Numbered from the stretch's first letter, positions 27,709 to 37,626 are shown. The stretch: DNA of 64,000 nucleotides from Candidatus Iainarchaeum sp. (GCA_028714535.1 JAQTME010000001.1:69955-133954), one strand, 5' to 3'. Program-made: numbers and translations. Notes: generated from the sequence alone by a model not told the origin.

Positions 27709-28857
27709 TTACTCCTGCACCGGCTCTTTTGGCACACGAAACTGCCCTGTCTTTGTGCTTTTTATGTACTCTGCCGTGAGGGGGAAGTCCGGGGCGATCT
27801 CAATGCCGAACCCCGTTGCCCAGTCGCACATCTTGCTCGTATATGCGGCGATTTTGGCGTGGGACCGCTTTTTCATAACCCTGATGAATTCGTTGTCCCC
27901 GCATATGTAGTTCAGTACATGCCCTTTCACAATGTCCGTGTCCAATAGCCCCTTCTGATCGCCGCTATACCTGAGCCTTTCCACGAGTGCATCTGCCTCG
28001 CCCGGCTTGATGTCGTACATGGCGGTGAGCAGGCAGCTTACTGTGAGCGGGTCGAGTTCGGTGCCTGCCATCATGATTGCGTATCCTACAGCCTCGTCGA
28101 CTGCCGTTATCCATTGCTGCTGGTAAACCGGCCGGTATTTGCGTGGCAGCACCGCGGATACGAAATCCGCTGTCTTGGCGATGCGGCAGTGGAACGGAAG
28201 GTCCATCCCTCGCTTGCCAAGCGGATAACTTGGGTATGAGCCATCCTGGCCGTTGTACGTTACATGGTGCAACCCTATCATGTCCTGGGCGATGATGAGA
28301 CTGGTGTCGTCATCGCGATTCCAGTAGATTTTCCCGATTTCACTGCCAAGCCTTATGTGCTCGTGACGCAGCGTGCACCTTTCCACAATCGTGAGTTTCA
28401 CGCCCAACAAAAGCCTCAGCCCAAATATCTCGATACCGCCTTCCTTGGAGAGGAGCGCCCTGGGCAGCACAGTCTTGCCTACGTCATGCACGTACCCCCC
28501 AGCGAAAATACATTTAGGGTCTACGCCCCGTGTTTCAGGGAGGTCGCGTTGTATCCCTTCGTTGATAATCGCCCCTGCGAGTGTGGCCGCTTCGCGCGAA
28601 TGCTTGTTAGTGTCCCTGCCCCCCCCGTTCTCCATCCCGATCAGACGCCTATGCGCTGCCTGTACGAGCGCGCCAAGGCCTTTTCCCTCGCGGGCATCCG
28701 CCTCCCTGCGCAACTCTCTATTCGCATGGAAAGTCACGAGGCTCCTGTAAATCGCCCCATCCATGTTCTGCGGCCAGAACATGGCGGCCTGCAGCAGTGA
28801 AACCCCCCTTGCATTCCCGTCTGCCGGTGGGCGTGTTCTTTTAGTGTAAATTAGCAT
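27709..28857 (-). CDS. HD-domain metal-dependent phosphohydrolase (HD-GYP-like)
   Basis: 382 aa. H…HDVGK motif plus downstream His and Asp residues typical of the HD superfamily. Confidence 0.55.
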   Translation of the reverse strand: MLIYTKRTRPPADGNARGVSLLQAAMFWPQNMDGAIYRSLVTFHANRELRREADAREGKGLGALVQAAHRRLIGMENGGGRDTNKHSREAATLAGAIINEGIQRDLPETRGVDPKCIFAGGYVHDVGKTVLPRALLSKEGGIEIFGLRLLLGVKLTIVERCTLRHEHIRLGSEIGKIYWNRDDDTSLIIAQDMIGLHHVTYNGQDGSYPSYPLGKRGMDLPFHCRIAKTADFVSAVLPRKYRPVYQQQWITAVDEAVGYAIMMAGTELDPLTVSCLLTAMYDIKPGEADALVERLRYSGDQKGLLDTDIVKGHVLNYICGDNEFIRVMKKRSHAKIAAYTSKMCDWATGFGIEIAPDFPLTAEYIKSTKTGQFRVPKEPVQE

Positions 28858-28941
28858 GAATATGTGTTATACACAGATACCCTTTAAATACCCCCTACTG
28901 GCCGCAAAAACCGATTTAAATAACAATGTAAAAAGGAAATC

Positions 28942-29469
28942 ATGGCTATTTACACAAAATTCGGCGACCAGGGACAGACCTCGCTCCTCGGCGGCTCCGT
29001 GGTGGCGAAGGACGACCCGCGCGTGGAAGCCTATGGCGCCGTGGATGAACTGAACGCAGCCCTGGGAATCGTGGTTGCCTTCGGTGACATTGGCGACGTG
29101 AACGCTTCACTCTTATGCATCCAAAAAGACCTCTTCGTCATAGGCGCAGAACTTGCCGGCGGCAAAAAGCACCTGAGCCCATCCCGCGTCAGCGACCTGG
29201 AGAGGGAGATTGACACCCTTTGGCCGGAGTTGCCGCCGCTGAAGCACTTCATAATCCCCGGCGGCAGCAAGACGGCGTCCCTGATCCACCTCGCAAGGAC
29301 GGTCTGCAGGCGGGCAGAGCGGCAGGTGGTGCTGCTTTCCAACGTGGAGAAGAAAAAGGTGAACCCTAACATAATCACATATCTGAACCGCCTCGGCGAC
29401 CTGCTTTTCACCCAGGCGCGGTACGTGAACTACAAGAAGAGGAAGGAAGAGGCGGTCTGGAGGGGCTGA
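28942..29469 (+). CDS. ATP:cob(I)alamin adenosyltransferase, PduO type
   Basis: 175 aa. MAIYTKFGDQGQTSL…RVEAYGAVDELNA is the PduO-type adenosyltransferase signature. Confidence 0.8.
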   Translation: MAIYTKFGDQGQTSLLGGSVVAKDDPRVEAYGAVDELNAALGIVVAFGDIGDVNASLLCIQKDLFVIGAELAGGKKHLSPSRVSDLEREIDTLWPELPPLKHFIIPGGSKTASLIHLARTVCRRAERQVVLLSNVEKKKVNPNIITYLNRLGDLLFTQARYVNYKKRKEEAVWRG

Positions 29470-29484
29470 GCCCACCCAACGCCA

Positions 29485-31014
29485 TCAAATAGCGTCAATT
29501 ATCTCCTTGTTCAGGCCCTTGAACTGCCCCAGCCACGCGCGCCGCTCCTGCATGAGCTCCTCGGTAAGCCTGCGATATTCCTCCGCGGTGTAATATTCCG
29601 AGCTCCTGAAGGGCTGCAGGTCAACATCGCCTGCCCACGCAGCCACCTCATAGCCCCAGTCGGGGTCCTTTTCCCATTTTATGGTTCCGCGCGCTGCGTT
29701 GGCCAGCAGCCTGGCCGAATCGTATACGGTTATCTTCCTGCCCTCGTCCTTGCCAGGATGCGCGCCGAAATGGCCGGTGTCCACGAGGTAGCATTCGACG
29801 TGCGGGTTCGCCTTGAGGATTTCCAGGAACCGGTTGCCCTCCTCCTCGTAGGGCCCGATTATGAACGGGTTCGTTCCCACCACGCGCAGCGGCCTGCCGG
29901 CTTGTGTCGGGTCTCCGGCTGACGACTCAACCGACTCGCCGAGCATGAAGAATGCCGCTGCCTGCGCCCTTGTCAGCCTGGCGATGGGCGGCACGATCGT
30001 CTTGCGCCTGGTTATGAATACAATCATGTCGACCCTGGCAAGGTCGATTTCGTCATCCGTGAAATCCAGCTCCTTTCTTACGACGACCCCCCTGCCGTTG
30101 GACGTTATGCTCGAATCGAAGAAATTTACCTTTCCGCCGTGCTCCGCATCGACCTTCACGTTCTCCAGGATGGCGTTCGGCGATGTGGCGCCCTTGTAGA
30201 GGAGCGGCTGGGATTCCGGCTCCAGCCCGTCGGTCTTTATGTAGAAGTTGTTCTCTGTGCCCATGGCAGAGCTGTCCTTGTTCAGAAGCACGATGTCGTC
30301 CTGCCGTATGCGCACCAGCTCGCCTGACTTCCCGTCCACCCAATGGTGGTGGCATGTCAGCGTCGTCTTGCCCGTGGCGCTCAGCCCGAAGAGCAGCACG
30401 CCCCTGTCCAGCAGCTTCCCGCTCGCCGCGTCGCGCACCCTGAGAACCTTGGAGCCGGCGTGCAGCCCCAGCCCGCCGCGCTTTTTCTTGTGCGCGTACA
30501 TCATCATGCGCAGGCCGGCCTTCTTTATCTCGCCGCAGTAGTCAGAGCCCAATATGAACGTGGTGAAAGAGCTGGGGTCAACGAGGATTTTCCGTTCCGG
30601 CCATTCAGGCACGTCAACTATGTGGAAATCCGGCCGTTTGACCTCCTTCTCCGGCAGGAAAAGCATCTTGCCCCACATGTATGCCAGCCGCGCGTACCTT
30701 TCGGTCACTAGCAGCCTGATGTTGGTCTGATAGCCCTTCCGCTGGCACATCGTCCTGTCGATGGCAATCAGCCCCTTGTCTCCGAGGTATTCCGAGACCT
30801 TCGCCAGCGTCTCGCGGTGCTGCGCGGACGGCTCGAAGACTATCTCAGTGAACTTGGCGCTCCGCGAGCGCACATCTGTTATGTAATTAGGGCTGCCGAA
30901 CTCGGTTGTCTGCTCGTCCGGCCTTGCCATCTCCCTGAGGACATGGCTGGCCGGGTTAGGCAGCAGCCTCCCGCTGGAAATGGCCCTGACCGCTAGTGAA
31001 AACGGGTTATCCAT
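29485..31014 (-). CDS. pckA: phosphoenolpyruvate carboxykinase (ATP)
   Basis: 509 aa. Kinase-1a motif GLSATGKTTLT and PEPCK-ATP family architecture. Confidence 0.8.
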   Translation of the reverse strand: MDNPFSLAVRAISSGRLLPNPASHVLREMARPDEQTTEFGSPNYITDVRSRSAKFTEIVFEPSAQHRETLAKVSEYLGDKGLIAIDRTMCQRKGYQTNIRLLVTERYARLAYMWGKMLFLPEKEVKRPDFHIVDVPEWPERKILVDPSSFTTFILGSDYCGEIKKAGLRMMMYAHKKKRGGLGLHAGSKVLRVRDAASGKLLDRGVLLFGLSATGKTTLTCHHHWVDGKSGELVRIRQDDIVLLNKDSSAMGTENNFYIKTDGLEPESQPLLYKGATSPNAILENVKVDAEHGGKVNFFDSSITSNGRGVVVRKELDFTDDEIDLARVDMIVFITRRKTIVPPIARLTRAQAAAFFMLGESVESSAGDPTQAGRPLRVVGTNPFIIGPYEEEGNRFLEILKANPHVECYLVDTGHFGAHPGKDEGRKITVYDSARLLANAARGTIKWEKDPDWGYEVAAWAGDVDLQPFRSSEYYTAEEYRRLTEELMQERRAWLGQFKGLNKEIIDAI

Positions 31015-31021
31015 ACTCCCT

Positions 31022-31294
31022 CTACCTTCTGCTTCTCACGAATGCAACGCCGCCAAGCACAGCCAGCAGCAACGCGCTAGGGCCGCAGCAGCTGAGCGTC
31101 CCGCCCGCAATCTGCTCGCATGTCTGCGAACAGGTTGAATAATCGCTTGAGCTGGAAGCGCCTGAGCAGTAGCCGTCGCTCCAGGCCCCTCCATACTGCT
31201 CGCAGCACCCCATTTGGCACTGGGTGCGTACGTCCCCACTGGCTGCGAACGCCGATGAAGCCAGCAAAACCAGAAACAAAATATGCGTTTTCAT
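31022..31294 (-). CDS. small Cys-rich secreted protein with a CGP-CTERM-like sorting signal
   Basis: Signal peptide MKTHILFLVLLASSAFA, 8 Cys, C-terminus …SCCGPSALLLAVLGGVAFVRSRR*. Confidence 0.6.
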   Translation of the reverse strand: MKTHILFLVLLASSAFAASGDVRTQCQMGCCEQYGGAWSDGYCSGASSSSDYSTCSQTCEQIAGGTLSCCGPSALLLAVLGGVAFVRSRR

Positions 31295-31337
31295 GGCCCT
31301 ATCTATCCTTAAAGAATTTTAAATGCTCAGGTAGCCA

Positions 31338-31676
31338 TTACCTTCTGCTTCTCACGAATGCAACGCCGCCGAGCACAGTCAGCAGCAATGCGGCCGCGCC
31401 GCAACATGACGCACCCGTGCCGAAGCTGGCGCCGCCCTCGTTCGCGATGCATTGCTGGTAAGCATCTGAGCAGGGCAGGCACGCGCTTATACATGCCTGG
31501 TCCGGGTTGTCCGCTGTCCCGGCATTGCATACAAGTTCGCCATTGGCATCCGTGCCAAGCGTCGAGCCGCACGTGTAGCAGCAGTTTGTTATGCACTGTT
31601 CGTAATCGCTGTTGCACGACGCATAGGCCAGCGGCGAAGCCAACAGGGCAGCCAAAACAATGAATAGCGTCTTCAT
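31338..31676 (-). CDS. small Cys-rich secreted protein with a CGP-CTERM-like sorting signal (tandem paralog)
   Basis: Signal peptide MKTLFIVLAALLASPLAYA, about 14 Cys, C-terminus …SCCGAAALLLTVLGGVAFVRSRR*. The last ~50 nt are near-identical to the 3' end of 31022-31294. Confidence 0.6.
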   Translation of the reverse strand: MKTLFIVLAALLASPLAYASCNSDYEQCITNCCYTCGSTLGTDANGELVCNAGTADNPDQACISACLPCSDAYQQCIANEGGASFGTGASCCGAAALLLTVLGGVAFVRSRR

Positions 31677-31726
31677 AACGGCACCTCGGTTCTGCACCTG
31701 CCTTCTGCGCTGCGGTTTATATTTTT

Positions 31727-32638
31727 ATGGTGGGCAAGCTGGTGCAGATGAAAAGCACGGAAAGACTGCCGATTATCGCCGTTGCGGCGTTTTTGCTTTT
31801 AGGGGCTTTGCTCGCCTACTCGGTTTTCATAGAGCCGCGCTCCTATTCAATCACACGCCTCAGCGTCGACGGCGCGCCTGCCCGGGTGGTTTTCATCGCC
31901 GACCTCCACGTCCGCGGCGCGAACTACGATTACATAAAATATGTCGTCAGCGAAGTCAACAAGCTCAACCCCGACATGGTCCTGGTGAGCGGGGATTTCA
32001 TCCTTGAAAATGAGACGGACGCCCAGTATCTGGACGCCCTATCCGGCCTCAAGGGGAGGAAATACGCGGTCCTGGGCAACCACGATTACCTGGCATCCAT
32101 AGATTTCGCCGGCTCGCAGATGAAGGTGAAGGAAAAGGCGCAGGCCAACTTCAGTGTGGGGGGCTACGACGTTTCAAGCCTCGACGACGGCCTCTACAGC
32201 CAGGCTGCGGCCGGCACGGTGACCAGAAAACTCCAGGCCCTCGGTTTCCATGTCCTCAAGAACGATTACGAACTGGCGGATGCAGGCGGAAAGCGCGTCC
32301 TTGTGGTGGGCCTGGACGACTGCTGGGCAGGGAAGACGAAGCCCCCAATCACGCTTCCGGCAGCGGATTATGGGATTTACCTGCTGCACGAGCCGGAGTG
32401 CATCGCGGACTGGGATTACGACCTGCTGCTGGCCGGGCACACCCACGGCGGGCAGATCGTATTCCCGATAGTCGGCGCACCGCAGAGCTGGACCGGGATG
32501 GATGCGTTCAGCGGCATGCTGGTGGACGAGCCAGGGAAAAAGGCCTACGTGACCCGGGGCGTCGGCTCCTACCCGATGTTTTTAGGAATCGCGGAGATGC
32601 GCTTCAATTGCGCGCCGGAAATCGTCCTGATAAACTAG
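31727..32638 (+). CDS. membrane-anchored calcineurin-like metallophosphoesterase
   Basis: N-terminal TM helix. Motifs DLH, GDF, GNHDY and GHTHGGQ. Confidence 0.7.
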   Translation: MVGKLVQMKSTERLPIIAVAAFLLLGALLAYSVFIEPRSYSITRLSVDGAPARVVFIADLHVRGANYDYIKYVVSEVNKLNPDMVLVSGDFILENETDAQYLDALSGLKGRKYAVLGNHDYLASIDFAGSQMKVKEKAQANFSVGGYDVSSLDDGLYSQAAAGTVTRKLQALGFHVLKNDYELADAGGKRVLVVGLDDCWAGKTKPPITLPAADYGIYLLHEPECIADWDYDLLLAGHTHGGQIVFPIVGAPQSWTGMDAFSGMLVDEPGKKAYVTRGVGSYPMFLGIAEMRFNCAPEIVLIN

Positions 32639-32702
32639 CACCTTCCGTTTCTGCCGCCAGCCGAATGCAAGGATTTATTTACTTTCAAAGCAATTCCCCA
32701 GC

Positions 32703-33836
32703 ATGAGCATTTCCTTACGGAACCCTGTTTTGATGCTGGCAGCCGCATTTCTCATATTTTCTATGGCTGGATGCGCCTCTCCATCCGGGCCTTCCGACTG
32801 CCCTCCTGCATGCGCCGCACCGGCGATAGGCCTGCATGTCCAGGAGCCGCCGGCATATTCGCTGCTCGGCGGCAAGCCAGTGCTGTTCTATGAGCTTTAC
32901 ATTTCCAACTACAATCCGCCCGGCCTATACCGTGTGGAAGTCCTTGAAAACGGCCCCGGCGGCCGCGTGTTGAAAACTATCGAGGGCGACGAACTGAACA
33001 AGACCCTGCGCGCGCCGCAAAAAGGGGTTTCTGACTACGTGGCCTTCATGTGGGTGGACCTTGGTGCCAACACAACCCCTGCATCAATCTACCATAAGCT
33101 TTACACCAACAGATCCGGCAACATTGAAATCACCGGAGGCGCAACAGATGTGAAATACGCGGCCCCCGTCATAATCTCCCCTCCGGTAAAAGGCGACGGC
33201 TGGGTGGCTGCCGAAGCGCCGTCCAATTACAACCATCATCGCATTGCGGTCGTCACCCTGCAAGGTACCCCCAGGGTGCCCGAAAGATACGCCATCGACT
33301 GGGTAAGATACGGTCCGAACGGCAAGATATACAAGACAGACGGAAAGGCCAATGAGGATTATTATGCCTACGGGGTTGACATACTTTCGGTTGCAGACGG
33401 TACGGTCGTGGACGCCAAAGACGGCATACCCGATGACCTGCCCGGGACCAAACCCCCCATGACCGTTGCCTGGGCAGGAGGCAACTATGTCATGGTGGAT
33501 ATTGGCAACGACTCATACGCCTTCTATGCGCATATGATCCCTGGAAGCGTGAAAGTGAAGATTGGTGACAGGGTAAAAACCGGCGATGCCCTGGGCAGGC
33601 TGGGCAATTCAGGCAACTCTGACCTGCCGCACCTGCACTTCCACGTCGATACAGGAAAGGATGCGTTGTTCTCAGACGGGCTTCCCTATGTCTTCCCGTC
33701 ATATCTCCAACAGGGCGAGGCGAAGGACTGGGGGGAGCGCCTGGAAGCTGACGCATCCTGGGCAGGATGGCTTCAGGTGCCCGCGGAGCGGGTCATGACC
33801 ATGCCGATAAACGGCGATGTGGTGAGCCTGCCATGA
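32703..33836 (+). CDS. secreted lipoprotein peptidase, M23 (LytM) family
   Basis: Lipobox (SMAGC). HxxxD-like region and C-terminal HLHFHV of M23 metallopeptidases. Confidence 0.65.
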   Translation: MSISLRNPVLMLAAAFLIFSMAGCASPSGPSDCPPACAAPAIGLHVQEPPAYSLLGGKPVLFYELYISNYNPPGLYRVEVLENGPGGRVLKTIEGDELNKTLRAPQKGVSDYVAFMWVDLGANTTPASIYHKLYTNRSGNIEITGGATDVKYAAPVIISPPVKGDGWVAAEAPSNYNHHRIAVVTLQGTPRVPERYAIDWVRYGPNGKIYKTDGKANEDYYAYGVDILSVADGTVVDAKDGIPDDLPGTKPPMTVAWAGGNYVMVDIGNDSYAFYAHMIPGSVKVKIGDRVKTGDALGRLGNSGNSDLPHLHFHVDTGKDALFSDGLPYVFPSYLQQGEAKDWGERLEADASWAGWLQVPAERVMTMPINGDVVSLP

Positions 33837-33921
33837 CGCCGCCGGCGAGCGGATGCGGCTATTTTTACCGCAGCAAGCCCGGCATCCTAGGTCTTTTATT
33901 CGTTGCTCTGCAGATTAGGGC

Positions 33922-35019
33922 ATGAACCTACGTCTTCTCGGCCTCCTGGGCCTTGCGCTTCTTCTCACCACCGGTTGTATCTATCCCCATCCCCTTCCCG
34001 GTCCGCCCGCGAATGGCACCGGCATTGCAGGGCCGAATACCACAAACGCACCGATGGACAACACAGCCCCCTCCATTCCATATAAGAATTACACCGAGAG
34101 CGCCCTGTCATTCTACACGTTCACAGAACCCAACGAAGGCGCGTTCAGCCTTGAAGTGCCAGAGGGCTGGGTTGTGACCCCCGGCTCAGGTCTCGTGAGG
34201 CCTTACATAGACGCGGCCGTGGCGTTCGAGGCGAAATCGCCTTCAGGGCAGGGCGTCTTCATCCAGGACCCGTACGTGCCCATATACGCCACGCCGAACC
34301 AGCTGCTGGACTTCGCCGGCTTCACCGAGGGCTCCCAATACGACCCCTCAGGCGGGATCGCGCAACCGATGGTGGTGCAACGCTATGCAGACGCGCCATC
34401 GTTCGCCTCAGGCCTGCTCAGCGCGAGCGGCATCACTGCCTCCAATGTAGCGGTGGTGGAGCGGCCGGACCTCCTCCAGGCCGGAAACCCGCTGGTTTCC
34501 CAGCAGTCAGCTGCCGAGCTGTCATTCGACTACAATGCAGGCGGGCAGAAGATGCGGGCCGTGCTTCTCGTCAGGACAGTGCTGATCGAACTTTCCGGCA
34601 CAGGGGTATGGTACGCATCGGTCATGGAATACTACTCTCCGGAGGAGCTGATGAACGAGACCGAGCTTCTCGCTCTCCACATGCAGAAATCCTTCAGAGT
34701 GGACCCGGCCTGGGCTGCCCGCGAGCAGGCAGAGGTGCGCAAGCGTTCCCAAATCCTCTCCCAGAGCCAGAGCGACATAAGCGAAATCATCTCCTCTACG
34801 TTCGAGATGCGGAGCAGGACCATGGACGACCTGAACCGGAAGTGGGACAACTACATACTGGGCGTGGAGGACGTCTACGGTCCTGCTACAGGCGAGCACT
34901 ACGTAGTTGACAGCGGCTCAAATTACTACTGGGCTGATGCACACGGAAACGTATATGGCACGGACACCGCAGATAATCCCTTCCCGCTGGAAAACCTGCA
35001 GCTGCTGACCAGAAAATAG
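33922..35019 (+). CDS. secreted lipoprotein, hypothetical
   Basis: Lipobox (LLTTGC), Pro/Asn/Thr-rich linker with sequons. No recognised domain. Confidence 0.45.
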   Translation: MNLRLLGLLGLALLLTTGCIYPHPLPGPPANGTGIAGPNTTNAPMDNTAPSIPYKNYTESALSFYTFTEPNEGAFSLEVPEGWVVTPGSGLVRPYIDAAVAFEAKSPSGQGVFIQDPYVPIYATPNQLLDFAGFTEGSQYDPSGGIAQPMVVQRYADAPSFASGLLSASGITASNVAVVERPDLLQAGNPLVSQQSAAELSFDYNAGGQKMRAVLLVRTVLIELSGTGVWYASVMEYYSPEELMNETELLALHMQKSFRVDPAWAAREQAEVRKRSQILSQSQSDISEIISSTFEMRSRTMDDLNRKWDNYILGVEDVYGPATGEHYVVDSGSNYYWADAHGNVYGTDTADNPFPLENLQLLTRK

Positions 35020-35102
35020 CCCAGCGGAAATACAGGCCGGAAGCCCGGCGCCGTTCCTTCCACCTCGCAAATTATTTAAACATCAGTCAGGTATACTGGT
35101 TC

Positions 35103-35498
35103 ATGGTAGAACCGGCCAAATCCGACATAACCGACGATGTGCTCAGTAGCATAAGGAAAAACGATGCGAACATCAAGCGGAAGCCCGTGAACGAAAGCGA
35201 GGATGACGAGCCGCGCTCGGCCGATGCCGAGGCCGTGGGCGAAATCGTGCAGCAGGCCAAGCACGTCCAGCGTGTGGCCGAAAAGATATACTTCCTTTCA
35301 GTCCTAAAACGGTTCGGGATGGCTTTTGGCGGGATCCTGCTGTTGCTCGGCGCCATAAGCGCCACGGGGTTTTTCCTGTTGTTCTTCGGCATTTTCTCCT
35401 TTGGGTTCGCGACAAATGTCGAACTCCTGCTTGAGGTCCTGCTGGTGCTAATGGCCGTCGTCCACATCCTTGCCGGGCTGACCCTGCTCGCCGGCTAA
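35103..35498 (+). CDS. small membrane protein, hypothetical
   Basis: 131 aa: acidic cytoplasmic N-terminus then 2-3 TM helices. Its 3' end overlaps the convergent permease gene. Confidence 0.3.
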   Translation: MVEPAKSDITDDVLSSIRKNDANIKRKPVNESEDDEPRSADAEAVGEIVQQAKHVQRVAEKIYFLSVLKRFGMAFGGILLLLGAISATGFFLLFFGIFSFGFATNVELLLEVLLVLMAVVHILAGLTLLAG

Positions 35499-36959
35499 CC
35501 CAGCGTTCTTCCCCGTGAACAGGATTAGGCGTATTGATGACGCAAAAAGCGCAAGGGTAACCAACAGTACGATCCCGTTGAGGTTGAACGAATCAATTTT
35601 TGGCAGGTAAAACTCCCCGGCCTCTATCATGAAATAGAACGTGAACCCGATTGCCGACAAGAAAAGCAGCATGCCGCCAAAGGCGATCTTCACGCGGTCC
35701 AGCCCTATCACATAAAGATAGTATGCGAGCACGCCGGTCAGCAGCCAAAGCATGCCCATGAACAGCGCCTGCGGTGTCATGAAGATGATGGCGCTGGCGC
35801 TGAGCACAATCGCAGCGTACGGGACGTATGGATAGAACGGGACCAGAAAAGGCCGTTCCAGGGAGGGCTGCTTATGCCTCAGCGTTATGAGGGCGTACCC
35901 CGATATCGCGATTGCCATGAAGTACGCGAAGTCGCTCAGGTATGCGACGAATGCAACGGCTTCGGTTGCGGCAAAGACGCTTATGATGATCGCACTGGCC
36001 AAAATGGCATTGGTCGCAGTGCCGTGTGGGCCGATTAGCGTGAGCTTGCGGGGCAGGTACTTGTCATGCCCCAGGGCAAATGCGTTCATTGTCGCTGCTG
36101 TCATCGCCGCATTGAGCGATGTGACTATGGCAACCAGGCCTGCGATGGTGAAAAGCAGCTTGCCGTTTGCGCCCAGCGCCACATTCACGGCATCGAGCAC
36201 CGCATTTTCTGACGTCGCCACTACGGAGAGCGGAAGCACCGCGAAAACCGCGAGCGAAACCAGGACATAGATCGCCAATAGCACCAAAAGCGTCAGAATT
36301 ATCGCGCGCGGTATCGTTTTCCTCGGTTCCTTGATTTCAGAAGAAACCGAAACGATGTCTTCAAACCCTATGAACGCGATGAAAAGGAACGCGGCTGTTG
36401 AAAACGTGGCGCGCCAGTCTCCCCCGATAAGGCCTGAGATGTATGTCCAGTCGCCGATGCCGGTTGTCGAGTAAACAAACCCCGCAAGCATAATGATCAG
36501 CCCGGCCACCATCACATTTTGCACACGTTTCAGCGTGCTCATCCCCAGGTAGATCAGGAGACCTGCGGCAGCCACGAACGAGATGGCGGTCAGGCCAACC
36601 GGCACCGGGATGATAATTTTCAGGAAGTACGCCACGGCAATCGCATTGAATGCAGCATAGACCATGTTCCCGAACCAGACAATCCAGCCTATGATGAACG
36701 GCAGCATCCCCTTGAACGCCCGCCTAGCAAAGACGTAGTCTTCACCAGACGCAGGGATTGCGGTCGCAAGCTCAGCATAACAAAGGCCCACGAGCAAGGC
36801 AAGGACAAACGCGATGCATATCGATAGAATCGCCTGTATCCCCGCCAATGCGCCAGCAAGGCCCAACAAGAGAAATATTTGTGGGCCCAGCGCGCTGCCC
36901 ACCCCCAGCATCACGCAGTCAAAAAGCGAAAGTTCGCGCTTGCCCATGCATACAATCAA
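35448..36959 (-). CDS. amino acid/polyamine permease (APC superfamily)
   Basis: 503 aa with about 12 TM helices and APC-family G-rich segments. Confidence 0.8.
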   Translation of the reverse strand: MIVCMGKRELSLFDCVMLGVGSALGPQIFLLLGLAGALAGIQAILSICIAFVLALLVGLCYAELATAIPASGEDYVFARRAFKGMLPFIIGWIVWFGNMVYAAFNAIAVAYFLKIIIPVPVGLTAISFVAAAGLLIYLGMSTLKRVQNVMVAGLIIMLAGFVYSTTGIGDWTYISGLIGGDWRATFSTAAFLFIAFIGFEDIVSVSSEIKEPRKTIPRAIILTLLVLLAIYVLVSLAVFAVLPLSVVATSENAVLDAVNVALGANGKLLFTIAGLVAIVTSLNAAMTAATMNAFALGHDKYLPRKLTLIGPHGTATNAILASAIIISVFAATEAVAFVAYLSDFAYFMAIAISGYALITLRHKQPSLERPFLVPFYPYVPYAAIVLSASAIIFMTPQALFMGMLWLLTGVLAYYLYVIGLDRVKIAFGGMLLFLSAIGFTFYFMIEAGEFYLPKIDSFNLNGIVLLVTLALFASSIRLILFTGKNAGLAGEQGQPGKDVDDGH

Positions 36960-36993
36960 TATGCATCCCTTAAATTCATTATGTCAGGGCTGC

Positions 36994-37626
36994 TTATTTT
37001 CTCCGGATTATGACCAATGCGCCCGCTAGCACTGCCAAGATGGCCGCCGATGACTTGCACCCGGCATTGCCGCCCTCATTTTCCGCCTCAGGGTTCAGCT
37101 GCACGCATCCTATTTCGTCTGCCTCAGGGTCGCCGAATTTGCACACCATATCTGCCGGGCATGCGCAGTCGAGCTTGCTGTCGACGCAGTTCTCGCCCTT
37201 CACATAATCGCATATCTCGTCGTTCACAGCATAACCCTGGACGCACCGCAGCCCTAAAGTGTCGCACCCATGTGCGCATACCTCTCTCTGGACGTACTTG
37301 CACTTCCCATCTGCCGGGTCACAAGTGCCAATGGAAAATGCGCCGTTCTGACATTTGTTGGCGCATACCACCCCAGTGCACTTGTCCTCGGTCTGTGGAT
37401 TGTAAGGCTTGGCAGGGCAGTAGCAGATGCATGCCTTTCCCTGCGGGCACTCGCAAGCGACATGGCCGAGCCCGGGCCTGTCCGGCCCTGTCGGGCAGTT
37501 CGTGGTGCAGGGTTCGCCACTTACCCCGCCGCAAAGAAAGCACGAGGTATCGCTGGGGTCGCACCCACCAGCCATGACGAATCCAAACGAGATCAACAGG
37601 ACAATGACCGTTATCCAAGGCCTCAT
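36994..37626 (-). CDS. Cys-rich (EGF/knottin-like) secreted protein with a C-terminal Cys + hydrophobic + RRK sorting signal
   Basis: Signal peptide MRPWITVIVLLISFGFVMA, 30+ Cys in CxxC / C-x-C patterns, C-terminus …NAGCKSSAAILAVLAGALVIIRRK*. Confidence 0.55.
   Translation of the reverse strand: MRPWITVIVLLISFGFVMAGGCDPSDTSCFLCGGVSGEPCTTNCPTGPDRPGLGHVACECPQGKACICYCPAKPYNPQTEDKCTGVVCANKCQNGAFSIGTCDPADGKCKYVQREVCAHGCDTLGLRCVQGYAVNDEICDYVKGENCVDSKLDCACPADMVCKFGDPEADEIGCVQLNPEAENEGGNAGCKSSAAILAVLAGALVIIRRK

Noticed and set aside
31727-32638. Membrane metallophosphoesterase as a possible Mre11
   Set aside because: It has an N-terminal TM anchor, lacks Mre11-specific capping and DNA-binding regions, and is 8 kb from the Rad50-like gene on unrelated context. 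Generic calcineurin-like phosphoesterase.
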